Below, piece after piece: positions 36,577-45,551 of a DNA stretch of 64,000 nt; the stretch's first letter is position 1, and every line of letters starts with the position of its first letter. Under the pieces are notes generated by a model. It saw only the letters and a program-made list of their open reading frames with translations. It was not told the origin of the DNA and made no database searches. The stretch lies in IMG/VR virus record IMGVR_UViG_3300037010_002878, positions 1 to 64,000 of that record. One strand, given 5' to 3'. Made by a program: the position numbers and the translations under genes. Origin of the DNA: an uncultured virus (IMG/VR IMGVR_UViG_3300037010_002878). Lineage: Duplodnaviria > Heunggongvirae > Uroviricota > Caudoviricetes.

Positions 36577-39423
36577 TTACAAAGTCATTAATGCCGTGAT
36601 ATACGGATTAACGCTTTCTAAATGTTTCATTCCGAATTCTGATTTGTCGCGAGCTTTTTCGCTTTTACTATTATTATTTTGATTATTTATAACAATAGGA
36701 GCCGCTTTTTTAGTTTTTGTAGTATCTAGTTTATCATTTTGATGAGCAACTGTAACTGGTGAATCTGATGGTTTTATATCTACTGATACTGCTTTAGGAT
36801 TAGAAACTGTTGGTGATGAATAAGTCTTTTTGTCTAATGCTGCTGCAACAGAATCTTCTTCCTTATCGGCTTCTAATGTTTGTGTATCTACACCATCCGT
36901 AGCCATATCTGTAGCTGTAGGTTTTTTGCTTACTCCAGATGATTGAGTTGAGGGTGTTGAAGTTTTGGCTGTTGCTGCTTGAGTGTTTTGATAACCAGCT
37001 TTCATTATAGCATCTTTATTTAAACCTACTGGTTCTATATGCCAAGTCTCACCTCTATTATATAAGTAAGGTCTATCAAATCCATATTTTGATAATAACC
37101 CCATATTAGCCAAGTCATTTGCGTTAGATGGATCTATATCTATAGCCATACCATATTCATGCATAGATCTTCCTGGTTTTGCTGCCATCCCTTTTGGTTT
37201 GGAAGCATACAATCTAGCTTGTTCTTCAGAAGATCTATATCCAGAAGTGATTAAAATATCTTTACCAGTTTTTTGCTTATATTCTGCAGCCATTTCTTCA
37301 AAATTCTTTTTGACCCCAGAATTAACTCCTTGGTAATTTACGCCACCACTTAGCTTGAAACCTTTTCCTTTGATTGAATTACCTATATTAGTTACAGCGT
37401 TAGAAGCATTTTGCCAAGCTTTTGAGAAAAATGATCCAGGAGATGCGGAACCGCCGCCATTATTAGATCCTCCAAAAAGTCCTCCACCTGAAGACACTTT
37501 ATTAGAAATATATTGAGCACCTGCTTTAATTGAACCAGATAATCCATTATTTTGATATCCTGAAGTTATAGAACCTAAAAATCCTTTATTATCATCATCA
37601 TCACCTTCATCAGCAACATTTGTAGCTTCAATTTTAACTGATTTATCTGGTTTATTAGCTGTGGTGGTATCAAATCCTAAAGATTCTTTTTGTTTCTCTT
37701 TTATAAGGTTTCTAGTCAATATACTAACGTTTTTAGAAATATCTTTAGTATTTTGTTCTATCTTAGCTACTTTTTGATCTATAGTTACTGGTTTTTTAAT
37801 AACAGTTTTGTTATTTTTAGAAACTTTAGATGTTCCACTAAGACCTTCTAATTTATCAGCCGCGTTTTCTACACGATCTATTTGTTTTACTAATAGAGGA
37901 GGCGGAGGTAACATACCATCTGGAACAGGTCCTTGTTTTATACCAGGAACTGTTTTTTGTGGGATATATCCAGCTGGCGCTTTAGGTGATTGCATTTTTG
38001 AGCTTGCATAATCACCTAAAGCATCACCACCTTTTTGCCCTAAATATGCACCGGCAATACCACCAACAATACCTCCAATAGCAGTACCAAAAACAGGAAC
38101 TACACTTCCAATAGCGGCTCCTGCCATTGCACCCGTAGCGGCTCCTGCCATTGCTCCTCCGGCGGTTGCCGCTACCTTAGTTGTTTTTTGACCCGTAGAT
38201 AATGTTTCATCATTTTTTACTTGATTATATCTATCATATCCAGCAATTGCACCCGTTAAGGGAACTGCAACTTTACTAGCTACATTTCCAGCAACCTTTA
38301 ACCCTTTTGAAACACCCGTAGGAATTTTAGACGTTAATTTTGATAATCTGCTAACGTCACTTACAGGTGCCGACTGAGCTAACGGTTTTACTGGAGCTAA
38401 TTTATTTACTGGTTTAATATCAGATCCGGCTTCAACATCACCTAATTTAGTTGACCATGAATTTGGTTTAACTTTAGGATTAACTGACTCATTAACCGGT
38501 GTTTTGCCAATACCTAACATTTTTTTCATGGCAGCCCATGCACCTACAGCGCTGGCACCGCCTAAAAACATATCTAATAATCCGCCGCCACTGGAATCTT
38601 TATTCACAGATTGGTCAGTTTTTAAATTAGTGTCCAATTTTTTGAATAATCCTGGTTTATTTTCGCCAAGATTTTTTCCAGCCATTGCATTATCAAAATC
38701 TAAATCAGGCCTATGTGATTTAAGCAATAACTTAGTAAGCTTGGTGTCTAACTTATTTACTCTTTTTGATAATTTACCTTCAGCTTCTTTTACTATAGAT
38801 TTTATAGATAAATTAATTTCATCTGAATCTGGTAAATTATCAACTTTATTAGATATTTCATCAAATACTTTTTTATTTTCTTTTTGATTTTTCTGTTCAA
38901 TATCTCCAAAAAAAGCACGTTTGATTGCATTATCTATTGTATCAGAAAAATGATCTGGAGAAAGAACTTTTTCAAATGGCTTCATTGCACCATCTAATGA
39001 AGCAGTAAATTCTTCAGTCATCAATTTACTATCTTTCATTATTTTAGACAATTCATCTTTATCTCGTTTCATTATTTTTGAAACGGTTTCTTTCATTATT
39101 TTATCTTTGATTTCATCGGCTTCATCACCTTTCAAATCTTTTAATAAAATATCTATAGTTTGTTTTAAATTTTCTTCAAAATCTTTTTTCTCTTTTTGAT
39201 ATTCAGATAAAACTATATTTTTAACTGTATCTTTTAAAGTCTTATGAATATCTTTGGAATGTTTCTCATAACCTTTATCTGTAAACAAATAACTTAAAAC
39301 GTTTTTAGTACCTTTTACAGTTTTTACAGCTTTTGAATTTCCTATCTTTTCTACAGACTCGGCTGTAGAATCGCGAAACCCCTTTAATTTAGAAAGGAGC
39401 CCGTTATTTTCTTTATTTTCCAA
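36577..39423 (-). CDS. Tape-measure-like protein with M15 (VanY-like) peptidoglycan peptidase domain
   Basis: Helical N-terminus, GA-rich transmembrane-like stretch, ITSGYRS..Q..LY..AKPGRSMHEYGMAIDI...ETWHIE. Confidence 0.82.
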   Translation of the reverse strand: MENKENNGLLSKLKGFRDSTAESVEKIGNSKAVKTVKGTKNVLSYLFTDKGYEKHSKDIHKTLKDTVKNIVLSEYQKEKKDFEENLKQTIDILLKDLKGDEADEIKDKIMKETVSKIMKRDKDELSKIMKDSKLMTEEFTASLDGAMKPFEKVLSPDHFSDTIDNAIKRAFFGDIEQKNQKENKKVFDEISNKVDNLPDSDEINLSIKSIVKEAEGKLSKRVNKLDTKLTKLLLKSHRPDLDFDNAMAGKNLGENKPGLFKKLDTNLKTDQSVNKDSSGGGLLDMFLGGASAVGAWAAMKKMLGIGKTPVNESVNPKVKPNSWSTKLGDVEAGSDIKPVNKLAPVKPLAQSAPVSDVSRLSKLTSKIPTGVSKGLKVAGNVASKVAVPLTGAIAGYDRYNQVKNDETLSTGQKTTKVAATAGGAMAGAATGAMAGAAIGSVVPVFGTAIGGIVGGIAGAYLGQKGGDALGDYASSKMQSPKAPAGYIPQKTVPGIKQGPVPDGMLPPPPLLVKQIDRVENAADKLEGLSGTSKVSKNNKTVIKKPVTIDQKVAKIEQNTKDISKNVSILTRNLIKEKQKESLGFDTTTANKPDKSVKIEATNVADEGDDDDNKGFLGSITSGYQNNGLSGSIKAGAQYISNKVSSGGGLFGGSNNGGGSASPGSFFSKAWQNASNAVTNIGNSIKGKGFKLSGGVNYQGVNSGVKKNFEEMAAEYKQKTGKDILITSGYRSSEEQARLYASKPKGMAAKPGRSMHEYGMAIDIDPSNANDLANMGLLSKYGFDRPYLYNRGETWHIEPVGLNKDAIMKAGYQNTQAATAKTSTPSTQSSGVSKKPTATDMATDGVDTQTLEADKEEDSVAAALDKKTYSSPTVSNPKAVSVDIKPSDSPVTVAHQNDKLDTTKTKKAAPIVINNQNNNSKSEKARDKSEFGMKHLESVNPYITALMTL

Positions 39424-39446
39424 ATTTAAGTTCTCCTTTCATTGTT

Positions 39447-39608
39447 TTATTCATTATTGATTTTTCGAGTCTCAAATAATAATCCATGGTAAATCTCACG
39501 CTCAAATGGGTACATATCATCTATTTCAAATGTAGTATAGTTTCCATAATATTTCATATTATTATAATAATTGTACAAGTCACTGAGCGTGGTACTCGTA
39601 ATTACCAT
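39447..39608 (-). CDS. Baseplate hub assembly protein, gp51-like small ORF (not in ORF track)
   Basis: MVITSTTLSDLYNYYNNMKYYGNYTTFEIDDMYPFEREIYHGLL...; the M.P.ERE.Y motif; -1 frame overlapping the gp26 stop. Confidence 0.8.
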   Translation of the reverse strand: MVITSTTLSDLYNYYNNMKYYGNYTTFEIDDMYPFEREIYHGLLFETRKINNE

Positions 39609-40279
39609 GGAAATAAATTTGGGATATCACCTAATCCAATATCTTGTTCAGTTTTACAGAACATACATTTTTCTACGGAATGATAGCTAACATCTTCCAA
39701 TTGCTTTGAATATTCATTAAAGAAATAATCAAAAGTCTCTGCTTCTAACTCATCAAAAAATGAAAATGCTTCATCGAATGAAAAATCTCTATGAACTTCA
39801 TTGTCTATAGTAATTGTTTCAACATGCATTACAAATTTTGAGAAATTATATTCTGCGACTGAATTTTTAGGTAATTTAGAAACATCAATTTCATTTCTAA
39901 AACTAATAGATATTCCATTTTTTGTGATTTTTTCAAATCTATAAGGTGTATATTTTACAATATCACTAAGTTTCATTTTAGTTTCATTATATTTTTTACA
40001 ATTCCCACATGTAAATTGAACATCTATACTATCACCAAAAGATTTTTTTCTTATTTCAATCATAAGCATTTGTTTTTCACCCTCAGTCAATTTAATATCA
40101 GGGTTTTTTAAACAAGGCTTAACCAATGAGTTGTATAGATCTTCATCAGAAATTTCATCTTTAGTTGTTTGTAAAATCAAAAACTCTTTTTCGTCTTTAG
40201 TTTTCCAAGCTCTGAACTCTACAATTTTTCCATTAATTTCAAAATCGTAATAAGTAGGTTGTATTTTAGGTAACATCAA
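39602..40279 (-). CDS. gp26: Baseplate hub assembly chaperone, gp26-like
   Basis: LPKI..TY, FR.W..K.EK, IRKKSFG, CxxC pairs. Confidence 0.88.
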   Translation of the reverse strand: MMLPKIQPTYYDFEINGKIVEFRAWKTKDEKEFLILQTTKDEISDEDLYNSLVKPCLKNPDIKLTEGEKQMLMIEIRKKSFGDSIDVQFTCGNCKKYNETKMKLSDIVKYTPYRFEKITKNGISISFRNEIDVSKLPKNSVAEYNFSKFVMHVETITIDNEVHRDFSFDEAFSFFDELEAETFDYFFNEYSKQLEDVSYHSVEKCMFCKTEQDIGLGDIPNLFPW

Positions 40280-40305
40280 TATCCTTTTTTTTATATTTTA
40301 TATAT

Positions 40306-40791
40306 TTATTTAATTATCATGCTATTAGATTTAAAACCAACAGAAAAATCTAATGTGCTGTTGGTTATACTATGGTCAAATGCCAAATCTGATAAATTAG
40401 ACATTAAACAATCTTTAAAAATAATGGTTTTATGGGTTTGACCTTTAAAATTTCCGGTGTAAGTAACTTCTATGTCAACATATTGTTTTATAGGATACTC
40501 ATTTACATTATCATTCATCCATTTAAGATACCTTTGATACAAATACAATGATTTTATATTTCTTAGAGTTAACTGAATTTGAAAAATAGAGGCTCTTCCT
40601 CTAGTCATAACCCATCTATTGTTGAAAAAGGTTTCTATAGATTCATCATTGTATTGAGGTATATTTATAGATTTTAATGATAGCTGGGCTTCTTCTATGG
40701 TTAATAACCCTTTAGATATAGTAACATCAAATTTATTGGGGCTATCTATATTGGTTGATTTGATTTTTTGCAATTGAGGCATCATGCTCAT
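40306..40791 (-). CDS. Tail tube initiator-like protein (gp54/gp19 fold)
   Basis: PNKFDV...SINIP, FKDC..SNLS.L.F...LDFSV.F; late promoter at 40832-40839. Confidence 0.65.
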   Translation of the reverse strand: MSMMPQLQKIKSTNIDSPNKFDVTISKGLLTIEEAQLSLKSINIPQYNDESIETFFNNRWVMTRGRASIFQIQLTLRNIKSLYLYQRYLKWMNDNVNEYPIKQYVDIEVTYTGNFKGQTHKTIIFKDCLMSNLSDLAFDHSITNSTLDFSVGFKSNSMIIK

Positions 40792-40859
40792 TTTTTTATC
40801 TCCCAGTTTTTAATGATATAAATATATAAGATATTTATACAAAACATATAGGAGAACAT

Positions 40860-41351
40860 ATGAGTCTTGATCTTTTAAAGAGTACTTTAGGCCTTGGAGC
40901 TCGTGCTAACAAATACCGAATTAATTTGCCTTATTCAAGTGCTCAGGAAATGGACGTACTAGCTAAGGCAACTTCATTACCTGATGTTACATTAGGAACT
41001 GTAGAAGTTTGGCATCGTGGACGTAAATTATTGGTTGCTGGAGAAGCTCAATATGCAGGAACATGGGATGTTACATTTTACAATACAGAAGATTTGAATC
41101 TTCGAGATATTTTCACTCAAGAAATTGCAAAAATTGATAGTTATTTAACTGAACAAAAATCAGTCAGTGGTAATGATGAATACATGGTTAACTTGAGCGT
41201 AACACAATTGGATTCTAAAAACAACCCAACTCGTGAGTTCGTTTTATTCAACGCATACCCAACTGTAATTTCATCAGTAGATCTTGCATCAGATTCAGCT
41301 GATACAATTTCAGAATTCACAGTTACATTTGCTTATAGTCACTGGGCATAA
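40860..41351 (+). CDS. gp19: Tail tube protein, gp19-like
   Basis: GARANKY, KATSLP..TLG.VEV..RGR...AG..W.VTF, YPT..S.VDL...D.I.EF.VTFAYS.W; late promoter at 40817-40824. Confidence 0.95.
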   Translation: MSLDLLKSTLGLGARANKYRINLPYSSAQEMDVLAKATSLPDVTLGTVEVWHRGRKLLVAGEAQYAGTWDVTFYNTEDLNLRDIFTQEIAKIDSYLTEQKSVSGNDEYMVNLSVTQLDSKNNPTREFVLFNAYPTVISSVDLASDSADTISEFTVTFAYSHWA

Positions 41352-41371
41352 TTTATCCGAAAGGAATTTAG

Positions 41372-42046
41372 ATGAATTTTTTTCATCACTACAGTTTGCG
41401 GCGATACACAGCCGCATTAAAAGATACTTTTAATGATATACATGTAAAAAGATTCTCAGAAACAAACATTGAAGAATCTGATTACATAGTACCTATCTCT
41501 TTTGCTTCGGCTCAAAAAGCTTACACATTAACAGATGATGATTATACAAAATATCGAGAATCTAAATATAATGTTCTACCTAGAATGGCTTTATCTTTTG
41601 ATGGAATGAGCAAAGCTCCAGAGAGAGACACAAACAAATTAAATAAAACATTAAAGATAAATGATGATGGAAAGAATATAACATACACGTATAATTCTGT
41701 AGCGTGGACTTTCGATTTTACTCTTCATATTTTAGCTGATACATTTACAGATTTAACAATGATAGTAGAGCAAATAGTACCAATGTTTAACCCAACATAT
41801 ACTTTAAAAATAAAAGATATTGAATTTCATTCTGAATACACTAATATACCTGTTAAAATTAACGAAGTATCATGGAATCTTGATACGGATTTGTCTATGG
41901 ATGATAATATACGTCTTGTTACTGCTGAAATTTCATTATCTCTTAATGGTAACTTATATCCTCCTATAAAAGATGGAAAAATAATAAATCATGTAATAGC
42001 TAATGTTTATAATGGGTTTGATCCATCACCTAAAGGAGAGTTATGA
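41372..42046 (+). CDS. gp15: Tail sheath stabilizer/terminator, gp15-like
   Basis: FFHH.SLRRY....FNDI, VPI.FA..K, LPRMALS, IVEQI.P.FNP, LYPP. Confidence 0.92.
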   Translation: MNFFHHYSLRRYTAALKDTFNDIHVKRFSETNIEESDYIVPISFASAQKAYTLTDDDYTKYRESKYNVLPRMALSFDGMSKAPERDTNKLNKTLKINDDGKNITYTYNSVAWTFDFTLHILADTFTDLTMIVEQIVPMFNPTYTLKIKDIEFHSEYTNIPVKINEVSWNLDTDLSMDDNIRLVTAEISLSLNGNLYPPIKDGKIINHVIANVYNGFDPSPKGEL

Positions 42047-42573
42047 GCTTAGCGGAAAAAATAAAAAGAGGGGAACAATTATCTAAAAAATTAGATAAAA
42101 TTGCCTCTCAATTTGATATAGCAGAAAGTGCAGCTGATGAAATGCATGAATATATTTTAGAAACTTTACCTCAAGAAGCTACATTTGAAACAAATCCAAT
42201 TGAACTTCCAGTAGAAGTTGCTGAAAGTGTAATTAAAACATCACTTTTAAAAGAAGATTTCATGACAATTCGTGAAACGTTGTTAAGTACTGTTAAAAGC
42301 GGAAGATTGATATTACAATCAGTTGCTGATGAGTTATTAATTTCTGATTCTGAAAGAAAAGCTCAAATGATAACTTCATTTGCTGAATTAACTAATGCAG
42401 TCAACCAATCTTTGAAATTGCTTAGCTCTATATATAAAGACATCGTACAAGTTCAAAAAGAAATTATGAATTTTGGCAAACAAGAAGGTCCAAATACAGT
42501 CAATAATACTCAAAACAATTTCATTTCAAGCACTCATGATATTATAAAAATGCTTAAGAGCGAAAACTCTTAA
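42043..42573 (+). CDS. gp16: Terminase small subunit, gp16-like
   Basis: Follows gp15; D....RETL helices and C-terminal TVNNTQNNFISST.D..KML. Confidence 0.7.
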   Translation: MSLAEKIKRGEQLSKKLDKIASQFDIAESAADEMHEYILETLPQEATFETNPIELPVEVAESVIKTSLLKEDFMTIRETLLSTVKSGRLILQSVADELLISDSERKAQMITSFAELTNAVNQSLKLLSSIYKDIVQVQKEIMNFGKQEGPNTVNNTQNNFISSTHDIIKMLKSENS

Positions 42574-42800
42574 GCAATATTTATTTTATTGCTAAAAGAC
42601 ATTCCTCTAGCATAAAACTCTTCATCATAACCAGTAAGGCTATTGCCTGTCATATCTCTACTTTCCATAAAAGTAAGAACCGGAACCATAATACGTCCAT
42701 CATATAATTTAATTGCATATTCTCCATTATTCAATTCTACAAGCTCACCTTTTACTTTAATGGTCTTAACCGCTTCTGTTTTGAATACTTGTGTTTTCAT
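42570..42800 (-). CDS. Hypothetical protein
   Basis: 76-aa ORF with RBS and promoter at 42830-42850. Confidence 0.65.
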   Translation of the reverse strand: MKTQVFKTEAVKTIKVKGELVELNNGEYAIKLYDGRIMVPVLTFMESRDMTGNSLTGYDEEFYARGMSFSNKINIA

Positions 42801-42858
42801 TTCTTCTATCCTTTAATTTTTAATACAATATTATAACATAATAAACTTAATATATTAT

Positions 42859-42880
42859 GAAGGGTTACACTTAACCCTTC
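42859..42880 (-). terminator. Hairpin terminator after repeat fibre gene
   Basis: GAAGGGTTA-N4-TAACCCTTC 9-bp stem. Confidence 0.6.
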
Positions 42881-42887
42881 TAATAAA

Positions 42888-44060
42888 TTATGCTAAAGTT
42901 AAAACTGTACTACGAACTACGCCATCTGAACCTTTTACTTTTATCGTTAATGATGTATCAGATGTTAATTCAAACATCATATCCCCGTTATTTACTGGAA
43001 CAACTGATGCACTAGGAGTCATAACAACATCATCAATAAATGTTTTAACACCAGCTATTGACTGATTTCCTACAGTATAAACTCCATTTGTAACTGTTCC
43101 AGCATTACCAGTAATTGACCCAGTAATGGTACTAGAGAATGTTTTAGCTCCTGTAATAGTTTGAGTGGTACTAGCATAAACTCCATCAGTTACTGTTCCA
43201 GCATTTCCCGAAATTGATCCTATAATTGTACTAGAGAATGTTTTAGCTCCTGTAATAGTTTGAGTGGTACTAGCATAAACTCCATCAGTTACTGTTCCAG
43301 CATTACCTGAAATTGACCCAGTAATGGTACTAGAGAATGTTTTAACACCAGCTATCGTTTGGTTTCCTGTTGTATAAACTCCATTTGTAACTGTTCCAGC
43401 ATTACCTGAAATTGACCCAGTAATTATCTGAGTAAATGTTTTAGCTCCTGTAATAGTTTGAGTGGTACTAGCATAAACTCCATCAGTTACTGTTGTTGCA
43501 TTACCTGTTGTATTTGCTACTATACCATCTGAAAAAGTTTTAACACCAGCTATAGTTTGGTTTCCTGTTGTATAAACACCATTTGTTACTGTAGCTGCAT
43601 TTCCTGAAATATTACCAGTAATAATTGTAGTAAATGTTTTAGCTCCTGTAATAGTTTGAGTGGTACTAGCATAAACTCCATCAGTTACTGTAGCTGCATT
43701 ACCTGAAATTGACCCAATAATTGTACTAGAGAATGTTTTTGTTCCTGCAATAATCTGATTGCCAATTGTATAAACACCATTAGTTACTGTTTCTGAATTA
43801 CCAGTAATTGAACCAGCAATTGTACTAGTGAATGTTTTAACTCCATCTATGGATTGATTTCCAATTGTATAAACACCATTAGTTACTGTTTCTGAATTAC
43901 CAGTAATTGAACCAGCAATTGTACTAGTGAATGTTTTAACTCCATCTATAGTTTGACTGCCTGTTAACTTTACAGCAGTGGTATCTAGATAAACGAAATT
44001 ATCATCCACTTCATTGTGTGTTAATACAGTACCTTTGTCTCTTCTTAATATTAATGCCAT
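42888..44060 (-). CDS. Tail fibre protein with about ten 33-aa tandem repeats
   Basis: Repeat QTI.G.KTF..TI.GSI.GNA.TVT.GVY; N-terminal LRRDKG..LT..E.D.NF anchor. Confidence 0.85.
   Translation of the reverse strand: MALILRRDKGTVLTHNEVDDNFVYLDTTAVKLTGSQTIDGVKTFTSTIAGSITGNSETVTNGVYTIGNQSIDGVKTFTSTIAGSITGNSETVTNGVYTIGNQIIAGTKTFSSTIIGSISGNAATVTDGVYASTTQTITGAKTFTTIITGNISGNAATVTNGVYTTGNQTIAGVKTFSDGIVANTTGNATTVTDGVYASTTQTITGAKTFTQIITGSISGNAGTVTNGVYTTGNQTIAGVKTFSSTITGSISGNAGTVTDGVYASTTQTITGAKTFSSTIIGSISGNAGTVTDGVYASTTQTITGAKTFSSTITGSITGNAGTVTNGVYTVGNQSIAGVKTFIDDVVMTPSASVVPVNNGDMMFELTSDTSLTIKVKGSDGVVRSTVLTLA
43030..43965 (-). repeat. 99-bp coding tandem repeat array
   Basis: Near-identical units, e.g. 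about 43762-43851 vs 43861-43950. Confidence 0.9.
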
Positions 44061-44198
44061 AATTTATTCCTTATCCTAAATTCATTAGATCTTATAGATC
44101 TTTTAAAAGCAATAGCTGTCTATATTTAATTAAAATTTCTGCATTATCTTTCAATTTTTCCCAAAAGCTCTTTTTCATCATTTGAGCCACCGTCTAAT

Positions 44199-44348
44199 TC
44201 ATTCAGGTGCTTGTTGTATCTGCTTTGCATCAGGTTTCCTTTTTTTGATTTTTTTAATGCGTTTAACTATCTGATTGTATTTATTGTTTTTATCACCTAA
44301 TGGTAAGTCAACACCTGCTATATCTGCAGCTGCAGTTTCTTCATTCAT
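44199..44348 (-). CDS. 49-aa hypothetical protein (not in ORF track)
   Basis: MNEETAAADIAGVDLPLG...PE*; RBS GAGGA, ATGA-coupled to the upstream ORF. Confidence 0.5.
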   Translation of the reverse strand: MNEETAAADIAGVDLPLGDKNNKYNQIVKRIKKIKKRKPDAKQIQQAPE

Positions 44349-44854
44349 TTTCCTCTCCTATAATTGTAATAATCTTTAAATACAGTTAAAAAATAAATTA
44401 AATCACTGTATGTTTTAACTTCATTAATAGATTTTATTTTATTTAATTTGCTCTTGTTCATAAATGAAAATAATCTAGATAAGTTTAAAATAAAATAATT
44501 ATTAGATTCAAACATTATAATACTTTCTTCAAGAGTTTTTAAAGTTTTGATTTCTTCATTATTTACGATCTGTGTGCATTGAAATAAATCTATTGGTATA
44601 AAAACATTTTCACCTTCTCTTTTAACTTCAGTTGGTTCTAATATGTTTTTAACTATTATACCTGGACCTTGTATATTTGAAAAATTAGTTTCTATAAAAA
44701 ATAAATCTCTATTTTTTAATCGTTTAGAGTATTTTATACAAGGATCTATAATAGTCTCTATTAAATCTTTATTTAAATCAAAAGTATTCACTTGATTGTT
44801 CAAATCATCTAGATATGTTTTGAAGCTAAACATTATTTTCCTCCAAATAATCAA
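44345..44854 (-). CDS. Hypothetical protein (likely start at MFSFKTYL)
   Basis: ORF track; GGAGG RBS precedes the internal Met. Confidence 0.7.
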   Translation of the reverse strand: MIIWRKIMFSFKTYLDDLNNQVNTFDLNKDLIETIIDPCIKYSKRLKNRDLFFIETNFSNIQGPGIIVKNILEPTEVKREGENVFIPIDLFQCTQIVNNEEIKTLKTLEESIIMFESNNYFILNLSRLFSFMNKSKLNKIKSINEVKTYSDLIYFLTVFKDYYNYRRGK

Positions 44855-45419
44855 CTAAATCCTCATAAGTATGCATATACGGCATATTTTCTACATTAAT
44901 ATAATAATATTCATTACATAATATCATTATTTCATTGTTATCTTTTATTTTAGAAATATCAGAATATTCAATATATGTATCTACTATTGCTTGTAATTTT
45001 TCTTCTATGGTTTTTTTATCTTTCAGAATCTCATTATTTTGAAGATTTAATTTTATTTTATCAAATGTAATTAAGTCTTTAACAAATGGCGAATGATAAA
45101 ACTTAGCTTTATCTTTAGGTATAACAATTACAGGAGTTCCATAATCTGCAGCTAAATGTTGATTTTTTACACAAAAAACAGCTTCAGATCTTAATTTAGA
45201 TTTAAATTTTTTGAAAAACAGCTCATTAAATTCATAATGATAAGAGTAATTAGATAGAGATTCTCTATCTTTTCTAACTTTTTTCAAACCAAAATCATCA
45301 TCTAATTTGAAAGTTACTCCTCGCCAAAGGAAAGGTCCGTTTAGATTATTTAGTTTTATAGCTTTTATAATTTGGTCATAAGAAATAGTTTCTGTGATGA
45401 ACTGAGAGAATTTCTGCAT
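44826..45419 (-). CDS. Hypothetical protein, possible internal head protein
   Basis: N-terminus MQKFSQFITE; LWRG...RSEAVF...YG...NEIM motif; late promoter at 45445-45452. Confidence 0.7.
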   Translation of the reverse strand: MQKFSQFITETISYDQIIKAIKLNNLNGPFLWRGVTFKLDDDFGLKKVRKDRESLSNYSYHYEFNELFFKKFKSKLRSEAVFCVKNQHLAADYGTPVIVIPKDKAKFYHSPFVKDLITFDKIKLNLQNNEILKDKKTIEEKLQAIVDTYIEYSDISKIKDNNEIMILCNEYYYINVENMPYMHTYEDLVDYLEENNV

Positions 45420-45551
45420 TATAATTGCCTTAATTGAATTATAATATTTATACAGAAAAAATAAGTAGAATTATTTTGAGGTGAGTTTAAAAAATTTATT
45501 TTTGAATATAAAACCTTCCAAAAATGAAAAATTGAACATTCAAATGTTCAA

